Part shown: in pieces, positions 1 to 5,726 of the stretch
Numbering within the stretch: position 1 is the stretch's first letter
Layout: every line of letters begins with the position of its first letter
Assembly: GCA_013378385.1 (NCBI GenBank)
Contig: JACAFS010000038.1
Span: 1 to 9,867 of the forward strand
Origin: Nitrososphaerota archaeon
GTDB lineage: Archaea > Thermoproteota > Nitrososphaeria > Nitrososphaerales > UBA57
Length of the DNA stretch: 9,867 nt
Direction of reading: 5' to 3'
The notes under the pieces: model-generated
What the model was told of the DNA's origin: nothing
What the model saw: the letters and a program-made list of their open reading frames with translations, nothing else
Databases searched by the model: none
Program-made: the position numbers and the translations under genes

Positions 1-533
1 ATTTGTTCCAAACTATTGCCATAAGCGATTAAACCATAACGACTAACTAATCCATAGGTTGGTTTCAATCCAACAATACCACAAAAGGAAGCAGGACACC
101 GTATAGAACCACCTGTATCACTGCCCAGGGCAAGGTCTGCCATACCGCCTGCGACAGCAGCGGCGCTGCCACCTGAAGAACCTCCAGGAACTCTTTCAAG
201 ATCATGAGGATTATGTGTTGGTCCAAATGCACTATGTTCGGTACTTGAACCCATTGCAAATTCATCGCAATTTGCTTTTCCTATAATAATTGCGCCATGT
301 TTTTTTATCAATGAAACTGCATGTGCGTCATATGGAGGAACGTAGTTTTCAAGCATTTTTGATGCGCAAGTAGTCCTTAGACCTGAAGTAGATATAGTAT
401 CTTTAACTGCTATGGTTTTTCCAGACAATTTACCGTCAGAGATTGAATCGTCAAGTTGAGAAAAAGTGATATATGCATTAATAGATTTGTTTTTTTCTTT
501 TATTTCCTCAAATTCATCAAGTAAGTTACTCAA
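1..533 (-). CDS. gatA: Asp/Glu-tRNA amidotransferase subunit A (GatA), N-terminal ~177 codons; the 3' end runs off the window
   Basis: Absent from the ORF track because it is open to the window edge. My translation of the minus strand from TTG at 533-531 reads (M)[176 protein letters not shown]. It carries the amidase-signature block ([12 protein letters not shown] ... GSDTGGSIR) and the AVKD lysine. TTG is the only start-like codon after the in-frame TAA at 539-537. Confidence 0.9.
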   Translation of the reverse strand, partial: MSNLLDEFEEIKEKNKSINAYITFSQLDDSISDGKLSGKTIAVKDTISTSGLRTTCASKMLENYVPPYDAHAVSLIKKHGAIIIGKANCDEFAMGSSTEHSAFGPTHNPHDLERVPGGSSGGSAAAVAGGMADLALGSDTGGSIRCPASFCGIVGLKPTYGLVSRYGLIAYGNSLEQ

Positions 534-536
534 TTT

Positions 537-812
537 TTACATCATCCGTGGGCCCTTGACAAATCTACCTTTCTTTTCAGGAACTACGTCAAGAATTTCA
601 TCGGCAATTGAATCTTTAGGAATATCTTCACGAAAGATGTTAGATAGTGTTTGAGAATCAATATCTTCAGAAGTATCAGCTTTAGATAATAAATCAAAAT
701 ATTCCAAAATCTCTGGGAATTGTTTATCTAATATTTCCATTTCTTGGGGAGAAAGATCAATCTTTGATAATTCAGAGTACTTTTTTGGATCAATAATTTT
801 TTTATCAACCAT
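537..812 (-). CDS. gatC: Asp/Glu-tRNA amidotransferase subunit C (GatC), 91 aa
   Basis: Small acidic protein lying between aspS and gatA. The C-terminal half (DTSEDID...NIFREDIPKDSIADEILDVVPEKKGRFVKGPRMM) matches the usual GatC pattern (DT..V.P...LREDE....L.NAP...G.F.VP). ATG start at 812-810, 6 nt after the aspS stop. Confidence 0.8.
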   Translation of the reverse strand: MVDKKIIDPKKYSELSKIDLSPQEMEILDKQFPEILEYFDLLSKADTSEDIDSQTLSNIFREDIPKDSIADEILDVVPEKKGRFVKGPRMM

Positions 813-818
813 ATACTA

Positions 819-2135
819 TCACGGCATAAGTCTATGTTGATCTCTTGGGAACATACAAACCTCGCGTATATTAGTCTGGTTTGCAATCATCATCATAAGT
901 CTTTCAAATCCTAAACCAAATCCTGCATGAGGAGGCATACCGTAATCAAATACTCTAAGATGGAACTCGAATCCATTAGGATTGAGGTTCTTTTGTTGAA
1001 GTCTATTTTGCAATTCGTCTTTGTCGCTAACACGAGTGCCGCCAGATGCAAGTTCTTTATTGCCATACATTAGATCAAATGACTCGGAATAATCACCTTC
1101 GCATTTAATGTAAAATGGTTTTCCAGCAGAAGGCCAATCAGTGACATAATAGAAATAAGGGTATTTTTTAGATAAGATTTCCATGGATTTGGTAGAAAGA
1201 TCATCGCCCCATTCAATTTTTGGATCTTCAACTTTGATTATATCAATTGCTTCGTTATATGTAACGGCAGGAATACTATCAAAATTAGTCCAGTCCTTTG
1301 AATTCAATATATCTAGATGTTCAGAGCTAGATTGTAAAAGATCGTCCTTAAGATCAATCAATAACTCTTCAATAATTTTAAGAACGTCTTTGTAGTCTAC
1401 AAATGCTTGTTCCATATCTACTGAGATAAATTCGCTAATATGATGCAGGGTTCTACTTTTTTCTGCTCGATATGCATAAGCAATCTCAAAAACTTTTTCA
1501 AAAGGAAGGACTAGTTGTTCTTTGAATAATTGCGGACTCTGAGTCAAAAATGCTTCTTTATCATAATAAAGCATAGGGAAGAGAGCAGATCCTCCTTCAG
1601 TAGCAGTAGCAATAATTTTTGGAGTATTAACTTCAAGATAATCTTTGTCAATGAAGAAGTTTCTTATTGATTGTAATGTTTTAGCACGCAATTTCATTAT
1701 AGATTGAGCAGAAGGACGTCTTAGATCAATAGCACGAATATCAAGTCTTTTATCTATATTTGGGAGTTGACCTCCATAAAGTGAGAAAGGAGGAATTTTA
1801 TTAGTGGTAGATAGAACGGATATCTCTTCAGGATGTAATTCTACACCATTAGGAGCTTTCTCATTTTTCTTAATCGTCCCACGAACTGCAATAGAAGAAT
1901 GCTCCTTCAGAGTTTCAGCTTGAGTGAAAATATCGTCAGGAGAAACGCCTTTTTTTATTATTATTTGAAGTGGACCAGTAGAATCATATAACATCATGAA
2001 ATAAATTTTTCCCTGCTTCCTCATACTGACAATCCAACCGATAACAGTGATATTTTTATTATCAAAATCTACAGAAATATCTTTAGAGTATGATGTCCTA
2101 ATCAATTTTTTTTGGTCATTTTTATCAGCGTTCAT
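819..2135 (-). CDS. aspS: Aspartyl-tRNA synthetase, archaeal/eukaryal type, 438 aa, probably non-discriminating given the adjacent gatCA
   Basis: Class IIb aaRS. The length leaves no room for the bacterial GAD insertion. Motif 2-like YRAEKSRTLHHISEFISVDME, motif 3 GFGLGFERLMM, and the C-terminal FPRDQHRLMP typical of archaeal AspRS. ATG start, TGA stop. Confidence 0.92.
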   Translation of the reverse strand: MNADKNDQKKLIRTSYSKDISVDFDNKNITVIGWIVSMRKQGKIYFMMLYDSTGPLQIIIKKGVSPDDIFTQAETLKEHSSIAVRGTIKKNEKAPNGVELHPEEISVLSTTNKIPPFSLYGGQLPNIDKRLDIRAIDLRRPSAQSIMKLRAKTLQSIRNFFIDKDYLEVNTPKIIATATEGGSALFPMLYYDKEAFLTQSPQLFKEQLVLPFEKVFEIAYAYRAEKSRTLHHISEFISVDMEQAFVDYKDVLKIIEELLIDLKDDLLQSSSEHLDILNSKDWTNFDSIPAVTYNEAIDIIKVEDPKIEWGDDLSTKSMEILSKKYPYFYYVTDWPSAGKPFYIKCEGDYSESFDLMYGNKELASGGTRVSDKDELQNRLQQKNLNPNGFEFHLRVFDYGMPPHAGFGLGFERLMMMIANQTNIREVCMFPRDQHRLMP

Positions 2136-2159
2136 GTCATATGAAAAATGTCGATTAAA

Positions 2160-2167
2160 GTATTAAA
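2160..2167 (-). promoter_or_regulatory. Possible TATA-like box (minus-sense TTTAATAC) upstream of aspS
   Basis: AT-rich 8-mer centred 28.5 nt upstream of the aspS ATG (2135). It overlaps the stop codon of the upstream oxidoreductase. Weak evidence on its own, because TATA-like strings are common in AT-rich DNA. Confidence 0.3.
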
Positions 2168-3194
2168 CTTTGAGTATTACCTTTCCAAAATGTTGACGAT
2201 TTTCAATCAGTTCATGAGCTTTATTTGCATCTTTAAGAGGGTAGACGCTATCTATAACAGGTTTTAATTGACCTGAATTGACAAATTTAAGAAGATGTAA
2301 TAAATCTCCTTTTGAACCCATGAATGAACCCATAAGAGATAATTGTCTACGGTACAATAATCGTATATCAAAATCAGTTTCCGAACCAGTAGTAGTACCG
2401 CAAGTAATCAATCGACCTCCATGAGTAAGAGAATCTATACTTTTAGACCAAGTAATCGCACCAACATGTTCGAATACAACGTCAACGCCAGCACGATTAG
2501 TGTTGTTCCTTACAATTTCTCCAAAGTCCTTATCGTTGTGATTAATAACAAAATCAGCTCCAAGGTCTTTCATTTTATTTAATTTCTCTTCAGTGCCAGC
2601 AGTAGCAAAAACATAACAGTTGAATAATTTGGCAATTTGTATTGCGGCACTTCCAACACCACTAGAACCACCTACAATCAATACAGTTTCTCCATTTTTT
2701 ATCTGTGCACGTTTAACTAACATATTCCAAGCAGTAAGAAAGGTCAAAGGAAGAGATGCGGATTCTTCAAATGAAAGATTTTTAGGTTTGGGTATAATAT
2801 TCGACAAAGGTACGGAAGCAAATTCAGCATAACCGCCTTTCTTCGCCCAGCCTCCAATAATACTATATTCTCTACAAAAATTATCATTTCCTTGAAGGCA
2901 ATGATTGCATCGACCGCAACTAGTTCCTGGAGATACAATAACTTCATCGCCATCGCTAATTCCAGGCGTATTGGAAGAATCCTCTATTATACCGGATATA
3001 TCACATCCAAGCACGTGTGGTAATTTAAGATCAGAATAACCTGTTTTTCCACTCCTAATCCAGAGATCAAGATGATTAATCGAACATGCTTTAACTCTAA
3101 CTAAAACGTCATTACTATTGATTATTGGATCTTCTATATCAGCAAACTCAAGAACGTCAGGAGAACCATGTTTATAGAATATTGAAGCCTTCAA
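2163..3194 (-). CDS. Zinc-type NAD(P)-dependent alcohol dehydrogenase / oxidoreductase (MDR superfamily), 343 aa
   Basis: Structural-zinc lobe CGRCNHCLQGNDNFC, Rossmann glycine motif VLIVGGSSGVGSAAIQ, GroES-like N-terminus MKASIFYKHGSPDVLEF...VRVKACSINHLDLW...PHVLGCDISG. TTG start (3194-3192), with an in-frame TAA 6 codons upstream. Substrate cannot be assigned. Confidence 0.8.
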   Translation of the reverse strand: MKASIFYKHGSPDVLEFADIEDPIINSNDVLVRVKACSINHLDLWIRSGKTGYSDLKLPHVLGCDISGIIEDSSNTPGISDGDEVIVSPGTSCGRCNHCLQGNDNFCREYSIIGGWAKKGGYAEFASVPLSNIIPKPKNLSFEESASLPLTFLTAWNMLVKRAQIKNGETVLIVGGSSGVGSAAIQIAKLFNCYVFATAGTEEKLNKMKDLGADFVINHNDKDFGEIVRNNTNRAGVDVVFEHVGAITWSKSIDSLTHGGRLITCGTTTGSETDFDIRLLYRRQLSLMGSFMGSKGDLLHLLKFVNSGQLKPVIDSVYPLKDANKAHELIENRQHFGKVILKV

Positions 3195-3217
3195 TTTAAT
3201 TAGAAAAACATTTTACT

Positions 3218-3227
3218 AAATATAAAT
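3218..3227 (-). promoter_or_regulatory. Possible TATA-like box (minus-sense ATTTATATTT) upstream of the oxidoreductase gene
   Basis: Centred about 28.5 nt upstream of the TTG at 3194, inside the 38-nt gap after the GT2 stop. Confidence 0.3.
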
Positions 3228-3232
3228 CTCAC

Positions 3233-3946
3233 TTATCTAGAATACCATTGAGAGAAATTTGATTTATCTTTCAATGTAGATTTTCCATGGGTAGATAATT
3301 GAACGGCAATTTTTACGAAATCTCTTGGTTTAAGATTATTTGCACGTCTGGACGAAGTATAAATTGGCTCTCGAATGACAGTGAATTTTTTATCGTTAGA
3401 TTTACCATACTTGCGTATAGCGTATGAAAAGTCTAGGTCTTCAAATGCGAAGATATCTTCATTAAATCCTCCAACTGCATCAAATACAGTTCGTTTACAA
3501 AACATGAATGCTCCAGTAGGGTTAAGATTCAATAAAGGCATAGAGATATTAGTAAATTTCCAAGTAGCCCGCCACCAAAATGGAGAAGAAACAAATTGAA
3601 CAATAGAACTACCTGCAATTGTGTCGTCTTGAGATATTTTATCAAGTAAAGTTTTTACGAGATATTTAGATGGCCATGAATCAGCGTCTATAAAAACGAG
3701 CCATTCGCCATTTGCAATACTAGCACCTTTATTACGTGCTTTAGATATTTGGTTAAATGATTCAAAAATTACTCTAGCTCCAAAATCTTTTGCAATAATT
3801 TGAGTGTCATCAGTGGAATTATTATCACAGACAATTATTTCATAATCAGAAAAACGATTAGATTCAAACGAGTTTTTAATTTTTATTAAATTTTCAAGCA
3901 AATGTAATTCTTCATTATAAGCAGGCACAATTATTGATATTTTCAA
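3233..3946 (-). CDS. Family 2 glycosyltransferase (GT-A fold), 237 aa
   Basis: N-terminal MKISIIVPAYNEE, DNNSTDDT, and a DxD-type FIDADS motif. TTG start (3946-3944), with a TAA two codons upstream. Confidence 0.8.
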   Translation of the reverse strand: MKISIIVPAYNEELHLLENLIKIKNSFESNRFSDYEIIVCDNNSTDDTQIIAKDFGARVIFESFNQISKARNKGASIANGEWLVFIDADSWPSKYLVKTLLDKISQDDTIAGSSIVQFVSSPFWWRATWKFTNISMPLLNLNPTGAFMFCKRTVFDAVGGFNEDIFAFEDLDFSYAIRKYGKSNDKKFTVIREPIYTSSRRANNLKPRDFVKIAVQLSTHGKSTLKDKSNFSQWYSR

Positions 3947-3970
3947 TTGTTATGGCTATCAAATTACATA

Positions 3971-3978
3971 CTTATAAC
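3971..3978 (-). promoter_or_regulatory. TATA-like box (minus-sense GTTATAAG) for the GT2-led gene string
   Basis: Centred 28.5 nt upstream of the TTG at 3946, in the 71-bp divergent intergenic region. The spacing implies a leaderless or near-leaderless mRNA. Confidence 0.45.
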
Positions 3979-3984
3979 CTTACA

Positions 3985-3994
3985 TTTTTTATAG
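3985..3994 (+). promoter_or_regulatory. TATA-like box (TTTTTTATAG) for metG
   Basis: Core TTTTTATA (3986-3993) is centred 28.5 nt upstream of the TTG at 4018, which implies a leaderless or near-leaderless mRNA. Confidence 0.45.
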
Positions 3995-4017
3995 CACTAG
4001 AATGATTAGATATCAAT

Positions 4018-5673
4018 TTGCGTGAAAATTTGGTTAAAGATAACATAGTCATTACAAGTGCGCTACCTTATGCAAATGGAGAGATTCATCTAGGTCACAT
4101 AGTATCAACTTATTTACCTGCAGACATTCTATCACGATTCTTTAGATTATCAGGAAAGAATGTTGTATTCACTTGTGCATCTGACGATTTTGGAACACCA
4201 ATACTTCTTCAATCTGAAAAGCAGAACATAACACCTCAGAAATATGTCGAATATTGGAAAGAGCGCGATTTAAAGGATTTTACAGATCTTGGAATTATGT
4301 TTGATGATTTCCAGAATACTAGTTCAGAAAAAAATATTGAATTAACTCAGTATTTCTTCAACCAGATTCATAATAACGAATTAATTTACAAAAAAGAAAT
4401 TAATCAATTATACTGCAATACTGATGAGAAATATCTTCCAGATAGGTACGTATTGGGAACATGTCCTTATTGTAATGAAGATAATCAATATTCTGATGGG
4501 TGTGAGAAATGTGGAAGGGCTTTCAATCATTCAGAAGTTCTAAAACCAAGATGTGCCATATGTCAAAATCAACCAGTGTTAAAATCAAGTATACATTATT
4601 TCTTCAAACTTTCAGCATTATCAAATAAATTAAAATCGTGGCTCGACAATAATGATAATCTACAAAAAGATGTTAAAAACTACGTAATCAGATGGATAGA
4701 AGATGGATTAAACGACTGGGACATAACCAGAGATATTACATGGGGAGTCAAGATTCCTCTAGAAGAAGCAGACGGAAAGGTCCTGTATGGTTGGTTTGAC
4801 AACCATATATGCTATATTTCAACCACAATCAATTATCTCGAGTCAAAAGGAATAAATGGAAAAGAATTTTGGAATAACTCTACAATATATCATTTCATAG
4901 GAAAAGACATCGTATACCATCATTATTTGTTCTTGACTGCAATGAGACTTGCCCTAAACGAGGAATATAAACTTCCAGATTATATTCCAACAAGAGGACA
5001 TTTAATGCTGCAAGGAGAAAAATTCTCAAAAAGCAGAGGAATGTATATCGGATTGAGGGATTTTTTGAATGATTTTCCAGCAGATTATTTAAGATATTAT
5101 CTAACAAGAATCACCCCCTACGATCAATCTGATGTAAATTTTGATTGGGATGATTTTCAAGTAAAAATAAACAATGAATTAGTAGCAAGTATTGGAAATT
5201 TTATTCATAGAGCATTAAGTTTTACAAATTCAAAATATAGTAATACAATTCCAGAGCCTAAAGAATACGATAAAGATGATCAAGAATTAATAGAATTAAT
5301 TCAAGAATCAAAAAATAAAGTTAGAGAAAATATAGAGAACAATCAAGTAGACAGAGCAATGAAAAATATTTTAGACTTGTCAGACGGTTGTAACAGATAT
5401 TTCCAAAAGAAAGAACCATGGAAAGGAAATAGCGAAAATACAATTTATTTGAGTATAAATGCAGTACATAGTTTAGGAATATTACTTCAACCATTCATGC
5501 CTCACAGCACAGAGAAATTATTCAAGTCAATGAATATTGAAGAAAAAACAGTAAATTGGAACAATTGTGGAGAATTATACATTAAATCCAATCATAAAAT
5601 AAATAAGCCTGAGATTTTATTCAAAAAAATTGAAGATAAAGAAATCAGTGAACAAAAAGAAAAACTAAAATAG
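4018..5673 (+). CDS. metG: Methionyl-tRNA synthetase, 551 aa, short form without an appended C-terminal tRNA-binding domain
   Basis: HIGH motif as EIHLGH, KMSKS motif as KFSKS, zinc knuckles CPYC...CEKC...CAIC in the CP insertion. TTG start (in-frame TGA 5 codons upstream), TAG stop. Confidence 0.93.
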   Translation: MRENLVKDNIVITSALPYANGEIHLGHIVSTYLPADILSRFFRLSGKNVVFTCASDDFGTPILLQSEKQNITPQKYVEYWKERDLKDFTDLGIMFDDFQNTSSEKNIELTQYFFNQIHNNELIYKKEINQLYCNTDEKYLPDRYVLGTCPYCNEDNQYSDGCEKCGRAFNHSEVLKPRCAICQNQPVLKSSIHYFFKLSALSNKLKSWLDNNDNLQKDVKNYVIRWIEDGLNDWDITRDITWGVKIPLEEADGKVLYGWFDNHICYISTTINYLESKGINGKEFWNNSTIYHFIGKDIVYHHYLFLTAMRLALNEEYKLPDYIPTRGHLMLQGEKFSKSRGMYIGLRDFLNDFPADYLRYYLTRITPYDQSDVNFDWDDFQVKINNELVASIGNFIHRALSFTNSKYSNTIPEPKEYDKDDQELIELIQESKNKVRENIENNQVDRAMKNILDLSDGCNRYFQKKEPWKGNSENTIYLSINAVHSLGILLQPFMPHSTEKLFKSMNIEEKTVNWNNCGELYIKSNHKINKPEILFKKIEDKEISEQKEKLK

Positions 5674-5678
5674 ATTTT

Positions 5679-5715
5679 AAAAAAAATATTTAGCCGCTCC
5701 CGAAGGAGCAGCTAA
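5679..5715 (-). terminator. Hairpin plus T8 terminator-like element downstream of PQQ paralog 1, also placed 3' of the convergent metG
   Basis: Minus-sense TTAGCTGCTCC-TTCG-GGAGCGGCTAA (5715..5690): 11 bp with one G.U, closed as a C(UUCG)G tetraloop. It is followed by ATATTTTTTTT (A8 run on plus strand 5679-5686). In plus sense the same position is a C.A mismatch, so the stem is better in the minus-strand transcript. It begins 11 nt after the TAG stop (5729-5727). Confidence 0.6.
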
Positions 5716-5726
5716 GATATATCTAT

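Noticed and set aside
531-545. GatC-GatA stop-codon readthrough fusion (same frame: ATG ATG TAA AAA TTG)
   Set aside because: Frame coincidence has a 1-in-3 chance. No readthrough context or structure is evident, and GatC and GatA are separate subunits in all systems I know. It is noted only as an oddity under the transamidation finding.
2163-3194. Assigning the Zn-type oxidoreductase to a specific carbon-fixation-cycle step (for example an acryloyl-CoA or semialdehyde reductase)
   Set aside because: Only MDR-family motifs are visible. Substrate specificity in this superfamily cannot be read from the sequence by eye, and the genomic context (GT2, aspS) gives no pathway clue.
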